NCBI GenBank assembly: GCA_964347045.1
Contig: CAYFXC010000007.1
Coordinates: forward strand, 23,853 to 87,852
DNA from: an uncultured archaeon
Lineage (GTDB): Archaea; Asgardarchaeota; Hermodarchaeia; Hermodarchaeales; Hermodarchaeaceae
Length of the DNA stretch: 64,000 nucleotides
Direction of reading: 5' to 3'
Shown here: one piece after another, positions 19,481 through 28,606 of the stretch
Numbering within the stretch: position 1 is the stretch's first letter
Layout: each line of letters begins with the position of its first letter
The notes under the pieces: model-generated
What the model was told of the DNA's origin: nothing
The model's input: the letters and a program-made list of their open reading frames with translations, nothing else
Database searches by the model: none
Made by a program: the position numbers and the translations under genes

Positions 19481-20260
19481 TCAAAACTTATGACGCCGAA
19501 ACTTCATAATAGGCAAATTTTTTCGGACTGTCTTTATTTCTTCAAGATTTACTATCGCTTCAATTAGTTGAGGCGCATCGTTTGCCTGTGCTAAGGTTGT
19601 ACCGGCAGGATCTATAATTGCACTGCGTCCCCCAAAAAGGCGTTTTCCGTCACTTCCGACTCGATTACATCCAATTACAAATACTTGGTTTTCAATCGCT
19701 CTCGCGCGAAGTAATGTAGCCCACACGGCTATTCTTTCAGCAGGAAACTCAGCTGGACAGAAAATTACTTGCGCACCATTTTGAGTTAATCTTCCAGCGA
19801 GTTCAGGGAAACGTAAGTCAAAACAGATCATAACTCCGAAGAGCCCAAGTTCAGTTTTGAATATTGAAGCTTCAAAGCCAGCTGAGAGGAATTTGTCTTC
19901 CTGGAACGGAGGAAATAAATGGATTTTATCATAATGTCCTAGCAATTTTCCATCTTTTCCAATCAAATGGCACGTATTGTAGATCTCTGTACCACGTTTT
20001 TCTAAGATGCTACCTGCTACAATAAAAATACGAAATCGACCTGCTAGATCACGCAATAACCCAATAGAGTGACCTTTTGGTGATTCAGCAAGGCTATTCG
20101 CTTTATCTAGGCAATAGCCCGTTGTAAAAAGTTCTGGTAAAACTATTAGGTCAACTTTGCGAGTTGCGGCCTCCTTTACCATTTGAACTGCTGTTTCGAG
20201 ATTAACTTCTTTGTTCCCTAGGGCAACATCTATTTGGGCACAGGCAATTCGAAATTCCAT
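19481..20260 (-). CDS. Carbon-nitrogen hydrolase (nitrilase/omega-amidase family)
   Basis: LPELF, YDKIHLF, ICFDLRFPE, RARAIENQ (E-K-C triad). Confidence 0.92.
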   Translation of the reverse strand: MEFRIACAQIDVALGNKEVNLETAVQMVKEAATRKVDLIVLPELFTTGYCLDKANSLAESPKGHSIGLLRDLAGRFRIFIVAGSILEKRGTEIYNTCHLIGKDGKLLGHYDKIHLFPPFQEDKFLSAGFEASIFKTELGLFGVMICFDLRFPELAGRLTQNGAQVIFCPAEFPAERIAVWATLLRARAIENQVFVIGCNRVGSDGKRLFGGRSAIIDPAGTTLAQANDAPQLIEAIVNLEEIKTVRKNLPIMKFRRHKF

Positions 20261-20358
20261 AACAATCTAGCCCTCTACATGCTTACTCAAAAATGCTGGT
20301 AATAACATTCAAGCAAGCAAAGCCTTTATCTTCAGGAGGTTTTTATGACCGCACGTTG

Positions 20359-20721
20359 ATGACTGTGACTGACATTGAATTGAAACCTTCAACGCTCATG
20401 AAGCTGAAAGATTTGGACAACCTTGTGCGGTTGGTTCATTGGTGGGCGGCACGCGAACGTACAGCTACAATCCTTTATTTCAAAAAAGGAGACAAATATG
20501 TCATGGGCACAATGACATCAATACCAGGTTGGTATAATCTTGAAGGCCTTCCCTTGTTCCTTTATGTGGAAACGGACAAAAAACCAAAAGGAATCTTCAT
20601 TAAATACAAAGCAGATCCAGAAGAACAATGGGATTATGCTAAGGGGACTTTTGATCGAACTTGGATGTACATCCCACTTATTGAACTCTCTGTAATTCCA
20701 GAGTTTCTCAAGAATCTCTAG
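20359..20721 (+). CDS. Hypothetical protein (resembles a conserved archaeal family)
   Basis: Open frame, LKDLDNLVRL...PLFLYV...YIPLIEL..P; start uncertain (20293 or 20359). Confidence 0.65.
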   Translation: MTVTDIELKPSTLMKLKDLDNLVRLVHWWAARERTATILYFKKGDKYVMGTMTSIPGWYNLEGLPLFLYVETDKKPKGIFIKYKADPEEQWDYAKGTFDRTWMYIPLIELSVIPEFLKNL

Positions 20722-21920
20722 TCTTCGATTTCCTCGATTTTATCTTGCTTTTCAATTGATTCAGCATCTTCCAGTATTTGTCTTTCTAATGAATCTGTTT
20801 CCTCAACAAGCACTTCATCCAGCTCCATTATTTCATCAGGTGCCGCGAAGAAGCTGATTGTAAAAGCAAAGATGAAGATCAGACTTGATCCGACCATAAG
20901 CGTTGGACGGAGCCAGATGGCTGAAATACTGAAGAAGCCATTAAGTACTTCGACAATGAGAAATGATGCAGCGAACAGGATGCCAATTATTGAAAGTTTA
21001 AGATTCCCCCCGAGCCCTACTGCGAATTTAACAAGATAGACAATAGCGATTATTCCAAGACAGAGATAATTGACATAACTGATGTTTCCAAGGGTTCCGG
21101 CAAATCCTATTGGATCCGGAAAAGCTAGATTGTAGGTTAAACCTGAATTTACCGAGAGAGAGAAGACAGGCAGGAAGGGATTTAGCAGCACCCAAAAAAC
21201 AACAAAGAGGACAAGTTCAGTAAAACGAATTAACCATAATTTTTGGCTATCGCTATGCTGAAGTTTACCACTTTTATCCAAAGTCCCATAAGATAGATGA
21301 AGCAAAGAGCCGATCGCAAGAGCATTGACAATACAAAGTGACGTAAAGTACAATGGATCAAAAAGCAGCCACCACGCAGTGAAAATAATCCCTACAATTG
21401 CAATAAAGTATTGGAACCAAATGACAGTTAGATAGATAGGCACAATCGCCAGCAGAATGAAAAGGATGAGAGTATAACCTAATCGTGTGCCTTGGCTTCT
21501 TTGCCATATATTTTCTGAACGATGAACAATTCGATAGGCCAAAATAAGGGCTGCAAAAATCGCAAGAGGAGGAGAAATGAAAGGAAAAATGAAGAAGGCG
21601 AGTATTATAAGTGTGTTGAAGCTATAGAGCATTCTCCATCGGAGGGGAATGAGGTTGCCTTTTTTATTCATGATTTCTGAGGCATTGATGGTTCGTTCTC
21701 GAAAAATGACTACAAAGAGAATCCAAGGAAAGGCAAAAATAGCAGGCATGATGAGATAACGAAAGATACTGGAGAGAGGTAATTCAATTAATCCGGGTAT
21801 TAGCGGTGCATAGAATGAAAGGATAAAGATCAGAATTATGAAGTAGGAAACCACGCAAATTGCAACGACTATTGGGAGAAGATTGCTTGATCGCTTGGCA
21901 TGAGCGTAAATGAATGACAT
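20718..21920 (-). CDS. Multi-pass membrane protein with acidic C-terminal tail
   Basis: About ten hydrophobic segments; no family recognised. Confidence 0.75.
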   Translation of the reverse strand: MSFIYAHAKRSSNLLPIVVAICVVSYFIILIFILSFYAPLIPGLIELPLSSIFRYLIMPAIFAFPWILFVVIFRERTINASEIMNKKGNLIPLRWRMLYSFNTLIILAFFIFPFISPPLAIFAALILAYRIVHRSENIWQRSQGTRLGYTLILFILLAIVPIYLTVIWFQYFIAIVGIIFTAWWLLFDPLYFTSLCIVNALAIGSLLHLSYGTLDKSGKLQHSDSQKLWLIRFTELVLFVVFWVLLNPFLPVFSLSVNSGLTYNLAFPDPIGFAGTLGNISYVNYLCLGIIAIVYLVKFAVGLGGNLKLSIIGILFAASFLIVEVLNGFFSISAIWLRPTLMVGSSLIFIFAFTISFFAAPDEIMELDEVLVEETDSLERQILEDAESIEKQDKIEEIED

Positions 21921-22072
21921 GGCTGCTCGCTAGCGATTAAGCAAATTCACCGTTTTTAATTTGCTGTCTACTGTGCGCTTCGTCTACCAAAGAGGAGAAA
22001 TGCTTAAATGCTGTTCACAACTTAAACGCCCATATACTTTACAACCATAAACTATGTTGGAAGGTGTAACTA

Positions 22073-23155
22073 ATGAGACCGATTAAGGTTGCTATTGCAG
22101 GGCTTGGTAATTGCGCATCTGCGCTTGTGCAAGGCGTGAATTATTATAAAGACGTCAACGGGCATGAAGACCGAGTAACAGGCCTTATGCATCCATCCTT
22201 TGGAGGTTATTTACTACGGGACATCAAATTTGTTGCCGCTTTTGAAGTTAACGCAGGAAAAATCGGGAAAGATATCAGCAAGGCAATCTTTGTTCACCCC
22301 AATTGCGTAATCAAATTTGCTGAAACACCAAAACTTGGAGTTAAGGTTCTACCCGCACCCATAATGGACGGTGTAGCCGAACACATGTTTGGCGCATTTG
22401 ACGTATACGATACAAAAACAACTACACCAGTTAATGTAACCGAAGAGCTCCGCAATGCGAATGCAGAAATTCTAATAAACTTCCTTCCGGTTGGGAGTGC
22501 CGAAGCCTCGCGTTACTATGCCCAAGCAGCCTTAGATGCCGGATGTGGTTTCATTAACTGCATCCCTGAATTCATTGTTTCTGATAGTAAATGGCAAGAC
22601 AAATACCGAAAAGCCGGACTGCCAATGGCAGGAGACGACATTAAAAGCCAAGTGGGCGCTACCATCCTCCATCGCGTCATAGCCCAACTATTATCTGATC
22701 GCGGAATCGAGATTGACGAAACCTACCAACTTAACATAGGTGGAAATACAGACTTTGAAAACATGCTTGCAGAACACCGCTTGAAAAGTAAAAGAATAAG
22801 CAAAACTGAAGCCGTTACGAGCATTCTTGATTATCCAGTGCCCACACGTATTGGACCTAGCGATTATGTCCCATTTCTCGATGATACAAAGGTCTGCTAT
22901 ATCCACGCAAAAGGTAAGAAATGGGGGGGAATGCCAATCCAAATCGCATTAAAACTATCTGTTGAGGACTCCCCGAATAGTGCAGGGGTTGTTGCAGATG
23001 TTATTCGTGCCACCAAAATCGCATTAGATCGTGGAACTAGTGGTCCTTTGATGAGTATTTCAGCTTATTCATTTAAGCACCCACCAGAACAGATTGAGGA
23101 CAGCATTGCTAAACAACGAGTTGAAGAGTACATCCAAGGAACTCGTGAACGCTAG
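22073..23155 (+). CDS. ino1: myo-Inositol-1-phosphate synthase
   Basis: GLGNCASALVQG, GDDIKSQVGAT, QLNIGGNTDF, EDSPNSAG. Confidence 0.96.
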   Translation: MRPIKVAIAGLGNCASALVQGVNYYKDVNGHEDRVTGLMHPSFGGYLLRDIKFVAAFEVNAGKIGKDISKAIFVHPNCVIKFAETPKLGVKVLPAPIMDGVAEHMFGAFDVYDTKTTTPVNVTEELRNANAEILINFLPVGSAEASRYYAQAALDAGCGFINCIPEFIVSDSKWQDKYRKAGLPMAGDDIKSQVGATILHRVIAQLLSDRGIEIDETYQLNIGGNTDFENMLAEHRLKSKRISKTEAVTSILDYPVPTRIGPSDYVPFLDDTKVCYIHAKGKKWGGMPIQIALKLSVEDSPNSAGVVADVIRATKIALDRGTSGPLMSISAYSFKHPPEQIEDSIAKQRVEEYIQGTRER

Positions 23156-23169
23156 TTTACGCAATTAAT

Positions 23170-23367
23170 TCAATCGTCTGAACTTTGTGGCATCGTGAGC
23201 GGTGAACCTGAAATCCAAAGTTCGCGTTTAAGAAGATCACGAATAGCCACACGAATCGCTTCACTTCTCGTCGGATATGTTCCTCTATCAACCAGTGTAT
23301 CAAGCCCTCGAACATAGGCTTTTGGGAGTTTAACGGATACCAAATGCAAGCGTATTACCCGGGACAT
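23170..23367 (-). CDS. Ribbon-helix-helix transcriptional regulator (CopG/CdrS-like)
   Basis: VSVKLPK....LD.LV.RG.YPTRSEAIRVAIRDLL. Confidence 0.88.
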   Translation of the reverse strand: MSRVIRLHLVSVKLPKAYVRGLDTLVDRGTYPTRSEAIRVAIRDLLKRELWISGSPLTMPQSSDD

Positions 23368-23528
23368 ACCCTGACCTATATCTGGATATTATAAAAACAC
23401 TTTCGCTCGATTCGAATCCGGCTTTCTCCTACTCGGATTTTTCGGAAAAGCCTTTTAAGAAACTCTGACACGAGACACTACAAAATCACCACTAGCGAGT
23501 GGTAACCACAAAGGAGCGATTATTCATA

Positions 23529-25046
23529 ATGGAAAAAATGCCACCTAAAGAACTCCCATACACAACGAAATCAGTATGTCCCGAATGCTTCTGTGTTATA
23601 GAAGCCACCATTTACGAAGAAGACGGCAATGTCATGATCAAGAAAGAATGCACAGAACACGGTGAATACAAAGACACATACTGGTCTAGTGCATCGGAGT
23701 TTAATCGGGCCTTTCAATTCGCCTACAAAGGTATTGGTCTAGAAAACCCTCGAACCGAAACCGTAAACGAATGTCCCAATGATTGTGGTATCTGCCCGAA
23801 TCATAAAACACACACCAATCTCGCACTTATTGATGTTACAAACCGATGTAACCTAGAGTGTCCGATTTGTTTTGCACACGCTGGAAAAGCAGGATACGTC
23901 TATGAACCCACTCTAGATGAAATTCGTGCAATGTTAGAAAATCTTCGTGCTAATAAACCGGTACCTGCACCTGCAGTTCAATTTGCAGGTGGCGAACCAA
24001 CAATGCGAGCGGATTTACCGGAGATTATCAAAATTGCGAAAGAGGTTGGTTTCCCTCATGTGCAAATTGCCACAAATGGCTTATTACTGGGTCAAAAGGG
24101 TTATCCGAAGAAGCTGGTTGAAGCCGGTTTGAGTACAGCATACCTACAATTTGATGGCGTCACGAAGGAACCCTATCTCGCAGCACGAGGCGTGAACCTA
24201 CTCTCTCAGAAAATGAAAGCACTGGAAAGAAGTCGTGAAGAAGGACTTCACAGTATCGTTCTTGTTCCAACACTTGTACGTGGCGTGAATGATGACCAAG
24301 TCGGCGATATCATTCGATTTGCGGTCGAAAACAATGACATTATCCGTTGTATCAACTTCCAACCAGTATCGATTACTGGTCGGATTGATGCGGATCAACG
24401 CAAAGAGATGCGAATCACGATTCCTGATTTAACGCGGCTTGCAGAAGAGCAAACGGATGGGATAATTAAACAAAGCGACTGGTACCCCGTTCCTTTTGTA
24501 ATGCCCTTAGCAAGAGCACTTGGTGCAAGATCAGGAACACCAATGGTGGAATTTTCAGAACATCCTGCTTGTGGTATGGCTACATTCATTGTCATCGACG
24601 ACGACGGTAGCTGGGCCCCAATAACAAAATACGTACAGGTCGAAAAATTCCTTGGAACTCTTGAAAAAATGGCAAAAGATTTTGAAAAAGGAAAAGGCTG
24701 GCGCGGAAGCCTGCGCGGAGTCATGGGAGCTATGCGTTTCTTCAAGAAGAAAGGGTTACTATTCAGACTTGCTGATAACCTGCTTCGGAAAAAGGACTAC
24801 GATGCACTAGCCGAATTCATGAAACGCATTATAATGATTGGATCAATGCATTTCATGGATCCATACAATTTCGATCTTGAACGTGTTGAACGATGCGGAA
24901 TTCATTATGCAATTCCAGATGGTCGGATTGTACCATTCTGCGCAATGAACTCTTTTCATCGTCCAAAAATTGAGCAACAATTTGCCATGCCTTTAGAGAA
25001 ATGGCAAGAAGATCATCCTGGTAAGAAGCTGAACGCGCAAGCATAG
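23529..25046 (+). CDS. tes: Tetraether lipid synthase (GDGT macrocyclic archaeol synthase, radical SAM)
   Basis: N-terminal SVCPEC...C.EHG, CPNDCGICPNH, CNLECPIC, HPACG, C-terminal RCGIHYAIPDGRIVPFC; ATG at 23529 with AGGAG SD (alternative GTG 23499). Confidence 0.88.
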   Translation: MEKMPPKELPYTTKSVCPECFCVIEATIYEEDGNVMIKKECTEHGEYKDTYWSSASEFNRAFQFAYKGIGLENPRTETVNECPNDCGICPNHKTHTNLALIDVTNRCNLECPICFAHAGKAGYVYEPTLDEIRAMLENLRANKPVPAPAVQFAGGEPTMRADLPEIIKIAKEVGFPHVQIATNGLLLGQKGYPKKLVEAGLSTAYLQFDGVTKEPYLAARGVNLLSQKMKALERSREEGLHSIVLVPTLVRGVNDDQVGDIIRFAVENNDIIRCINFQPVSITGRIDADQRKEMRITIPDLTRLAEEQTDGIIKQSDWYPVPFVMPLARALGARSGTPMVEFSEHPACGMATFIVIDDDGSWAPITKYVQVEKFLGTLEKMAKDFEKGKGWRGSLRGVMGAMRFFKKKGLLFRLADNLLRKKDYDALAEFMKRIIMIGSMHFMDPYNFDLERVERCGIHYAIPDGRIVPFCAMNSFHRPKIEQQFAMPLEKWQEDHPGKKLNAQA

Positions 25047-25109
25047 GTGTTAGCTTCCACCCCTTCCCTTTATTTTGGTGTATGTGCCTAATAGAATCGG
25101 CGTTGTGTT

Positions 25110-25688
25110 TTGACATCGCAAAAGGCTTTATTGAAACCCGCTACGCGTCTTCTTGGAGTAGCGGAAAGTGGATTTGTAGGTGCTAGTGATACGATTCTTG
25201 GTGGGGTCGTAATGCGCAGGGATTTGTTAATCGATGGTATGGCTTGGAGCAAAGCTACCATTGGGGGAGTTGATTCCACTCAAGCGATTATTCGAATGAT
25301 TGAATTTCTTGAACGCTCTGACATAAACGGCCTAATGCTGCATGGTACTATTATCGCTGGATACAATATCATCGATATGGCCAAGCTGTTTGAAAATTTT
25401 TCTTTTCCGATAATTAGCGTTACCAAGAAACCTCAAGAAGATTTGAAAGAGCATCTAAAATCGACCTTTTCTCTCGATTGGGAAAAACGGTGGAAGATAG
25501 TTCAACGAAATGGCGAAATTAAGTCAATTGAAGTTGAGCCTAATTCCTATGTATTTGTTCAGTTTACAGGGTGTGAATTGGAAGTTGTAAAAGGAGTTAT
25601 CAAACGTTTTACCCATTTTGGAGGTTTACCGGAACCAATTCGTGTGGCACGGATATTGGCTCGTTCTCTAGTCAAAACAAGCAAATGA
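25110..25688 (+). CDS. DUF99 family protein (endonuclease V-like fold)
   Basis: RLLGVAES.F, GVVMR.D..IDG, GG.DST, AGYNIID, PEPIRVA. Confidence 0.85.
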   Translation: MTSQKALLKPATRLLGVAESGFVGASDTILGGVVMRRDLLIDGMAWSKATIGGVDSTQAIIRMIEFLERSDINGLMLHGTIIAGYNIIDMAKLFENFSFPIISVTKKPQEDLKEHLKSTFSLDWEKRWKIVQRNGEIKSIEVEPNSYVFVQFTGCELEVVKGVIKRFTHFGGLPEPIRVARILARSLVKTSK

Positions 25689-25714
25689 AGTTAGAACGAG
25701 ATTGCTCTGAGAGT

Positions 25715-26812
25715 TCAGGGTTCAAACTTGAATTCGCCCAGGAGCAATTCAACAATTTCGAGGTATCCTTCTGCAGGGAGAAGTGTGAAGTAATTTTGTG
25801 CTGTGTAACGCGATTGAAGAAGAAAATCTTTGAAAAGTAACACATTGAGAGCTCGTGTGAACGTATGGGAAGAAGAGGAAACCCCCATTTCTTCTAATAT
25901 TTGTTCAAATTGCGTGAATAAACTTGATTTATTTACATAGATGTGTCCTGGATGAGTTGTAAAATACCTTCCTATGGCTTGCAGAAGAACAACTGTAGTG
26001 GCATCTAATTCAGTGAGACTTGAAAGATGATCGTTCCAAAAATCGTAGTGAAGGGTTCTTGAGTTAATACAGGATTGGCGAATCAGATTAGCTGAGATAC
26101 ACGAAGATGTAGTAAGTAGAGGATACAGATTTTGAAGTAGTTCAATAATCGTAGCAGGTCTTTGGAAGTCTAGAATGCAGATTAGATCAGCCATAAACTC
26201 AGTTATATGAGATGGAAGGGAGTAAGGGAAAACTTCTGCAACTCGTTGTTTAATTATATCCAAAAATTGATGATCTGTAAAAGGTTCTAACTCTATGACC
26301 ACGTCAAGAAATTGTAATGTGTTAAGCCCTAATTGTCGAGGGTAGTATCTTGGCGCTGTTGCCATTGAGGGAATCGCATTTTCTTTACAAACACTAAGCA
26401 ACTTTCCATAAATTTCACAGGTTTGGGTATTAACATCATCAAACACAAAGACAATTGGAGCCTCAGATTTACGTAGAAGACGCTTTAGTAAGGTCCATTG
26501 ATCTGGAAGTGAGTTTGTTAAATTTCGAATTGGGGCTAGAGAATGGAGAGTATCAGAAACGATTTCAGTGAAGTGTTTTCCTTGGAATCGAATAAATGGA
26601 AGCCGATAATGACCTAATTCTTGCTGTCCAAAAAAGCGGAGAAGCGTTGTTCTACCAATTCCAAAGCTACCATGAACTAAGATATTTAATGAGTTAGTAG
26701 AAGAGCAGCTTGAAGCAAAGAGATTCGACAGAATTGCAAGTTCTTGATCCCGATGAAGAAGCTTCGCCGGCAAATAATTCGCATTGAATAAAGCATCTAA
26801 TGAAGCCACCAT
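25715..26812 (-). CDS. Divergent Cdc6/Orc1-like AAA+ protein with degenerate catalytic motifs
   Basis: NYLPAKLLHRDQEL, GSFGIGRTT, FVFDDV, EPFT..QFLDIIKQRV, C-terminal winged-helix-like region. Confidence 0.75.
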   Translation of the reverse strand: MVASLDALFNANYLPAKLLHRDQELAILSNLFASSCSSTNSLNILVHGSFGIGRTTLLRFFGQQELGHYRLPFIRFQGKHFTEIVSDTLHSLAPIRNLTNSLPDQWTLLKRLLRKSEAPIVFVFDDVNTQTCEIYGKLLSVCKENAIPSMATAPRYYPRQLGLNTLQFLDVVIELEPFTDHQFLDIIKQRVAEVFPYSLPSHITEFMADLICILDFQRPATIIELLQNLYPLLTTSSCISANLIRQSCINSRTLHYDFWNDHLSSLTELDATTVVLLQAIGRYFTTHPGHIYVNKSSLFTQFEQILEEMGVSSSSHTFTRALNVLLFKDFLLQSRYTAQNYFTLLPAEGYLEIVELLLGEFKFEP

Positions 26813-27030
26813 AGTAACTATCCATTTTGCGATTTCCGTTAGAACCTATTTAAACTACAATACGATTTAGCAAACAAACAGCAGGCAGAGGAGACTGAAA
26901 GTAATCTTTTTGCATCCCTTCTTTTTCGATGCTCGCAACACTGTTGAAAACCTTATAACGGCAAGAGCAACCTTGATATAGGAAACAACGAAGAAAACAA
27001 CGTAGTCAGGTATAGAGGATGTAATGGACG

Positions 27031-27738
27031 ATGGCTGAGACACCATTCAAAGACCTACAGAACCTTATGAGAAGAATTGAACAATCAACGGGCCTGGAGG
27101 CCCTAGCTGTTGTAACACGCGAGGGCATTCGTCTAGCTTGTGCCGTAAGCGGTGATGTCGACTCGGATATCTTCTCTGCTGCCACAGCTACTCTTGTCAA
27201 TGTTGGCGAAGAAACTCTACGACAATTAAGTCAGGGTTCTCTTTCTGAAGTGATTCTCAGAGGGAACAAAGGCTTTACTATTATTATGCGGGGAACACCA
27301 GAAACACTCCTTGTTGGTGCAAGTCGAGATCAAATTCGTCTCGGATACTATATCGGTCTCATGAAAATCTATGCAACTAAGGTTACGAAAATAATGGAAT
27401 CTCATCCTCTCGAACCGGACCAACTTCTTGGTTTTAGAAAAATGCCTGCGACAGCGGATATAGGCGTTGCAGAAGCGGTTACTGAACCTAAACCATCAGA
27501 AGAGCTCATTTCCACTGAGATCACTCAAGAGTCAATATCCGAAGAGGCTGAAACGATTACACCAGCCACTGAGGAAGAGCCCTCACATGCTGAACCCACC
27601 ATTGCCCCTGTTGAGGAGCCCGGCCTTGAAACTGTTAGTATGTCAGAGGTAAGCGGCGATGTAAACGATGTATCGGTGGATGATAAAGAAGCCATCCTTG
27701 CCGCACTCAAAGCCTTGGGTTTTGATGAGCCGGATTAA
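27031..27738 (+). CDS. Roadblock/LC7 domain protein with long acidic tail
   Basis: LAVVTREGIRLA, FSAATATL, GSLSEVILRG.KG, RLG; E/P/T-rich linker and terminal helix DKEAILAALKALG. Confidence 0.88.
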   Translation: MAETPFKDLQNLMRRIEQSTGLEALAVVTREGIRLACAVSGDVDSDIFSAATATLVNVGEETLRQLSQGSLSEVILRGNKGFTIIMRGTPETLLVGASRDQIRLGYYIGLMKIYATKVTKIMESHPLEPDQLLGFRKMPATADIGVAEAVTEPKPSEELISTEITQESISEEAETITPATEEEPSHAEPTIAPVEEPGLETVSMSEVSGDVNDVSVDDKEAILAALKALGFDEPD

Positions 27739-27823
27739 CTTGCTACTCTTTCTTTGCAAGCAATAATTTTATTGAAGAATAGTAACTGTCGAGCGCTACG
27801 ATTGTTTTCCACCAAGGAGATTT

Positions 27824-28516
27824 TTACACAAATAACCCCAACAACGCAAGTGCAACAAAAACACAAAGAAGCATCACGGCTCCGAATACAACCAAAGCCT
27901 CCAAGAAGTTCCCAAAGCTCCATGTAAATTCTGGCGTCGTAATACGCTCTCCAAACACATCTCTAAGCATTTTTTCAAACCAAGTATCCTCGTAGACAAG
28001 ATGCGAGGGTTCTTCCAAGGTAAGCATAATGCCAAATAAATCCGGAATAATTTCGGCAGGATCATGTGCATATTCGTATTCAATCTCATATTCTTTTTTG
28101 CCTTCTACTCGGTAAATGCGAAGATCTAGATCATCCATCTCCAAAGTTTCAGAGAATTTGAATGGATCCATTACAAGAGCAATTGCTTCGGGAAAGAAAG
28201 CTTGATATCGAAGCTGTGTAGACACGTCTGTTCCAGACATAAATACTCCAAGACCGGGGTGCGTATGATGCCAACCAATGATAACTTCATCCATTCCCCT
28301 TTCAGATAGCTCTTCGGCAAGAATCGCCATGTCAGCATCATTGATGTAAACATGCGTCCTTGATCCCCTTTGTCGTGGGAAAGTAGCTCTTGTGACAATA
28401 ATCTTATCCCGTTTTATCTTTCCAATGAGAAACCCACCGATTTCTGTTCGACCGGCACGAGCAGCCTTACTCAACATTAGTGACAGGATGCCTGGGTAAA
28501 TCTCAATTTTGCGCAC
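27824..28516 (-). CDS. JAMM/MPN+ metalloisopeptidase (Rpn11-like) with C-terminal transmembrane anchor
   Basis: EIGGFLIG and IIGWHHTHPGLGVFMSGTD (complete E..HxHx7Sx2D); hydrophobic helix at the extreme C-terminus. Confidence 0.88.
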   Translation of the reverse strand: MRKIEIYPGILSLMLSKAARAGRTEIGGFLIGKIKRDKIIVTRATFPRQRGSRTHVYINDADMAILAEELSERGMDEVIIGWHHTHPGLGVFMSGTDVSTQLRYQAFFPEAIALVMDPFKFSETLEMDDLDLRIYRVEGKKEYEIEYEYAHDPAEIIPDLFGIMLTLEEPSHLVYEDTWFEKMLRDVFGERITTPEFTWSFGNFLEALVVFGAVMLLCVFVALALLGLFV

Positions 28517-28606
28517 TCGCTAAACCCCTGCAACCTAAGAGTAAGATAAGACTAAAAAGCCTTACTTGTTGTTTTCAGCATAAGCCGATTTGAACCGTGT
28601 TAACCA

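Noticed and set aside
26813-27030. Replication origin next to the cdc6-like gene
   Set aside because: No ORB-like repeats, G-strings or extended AT-rich unwinding element visible
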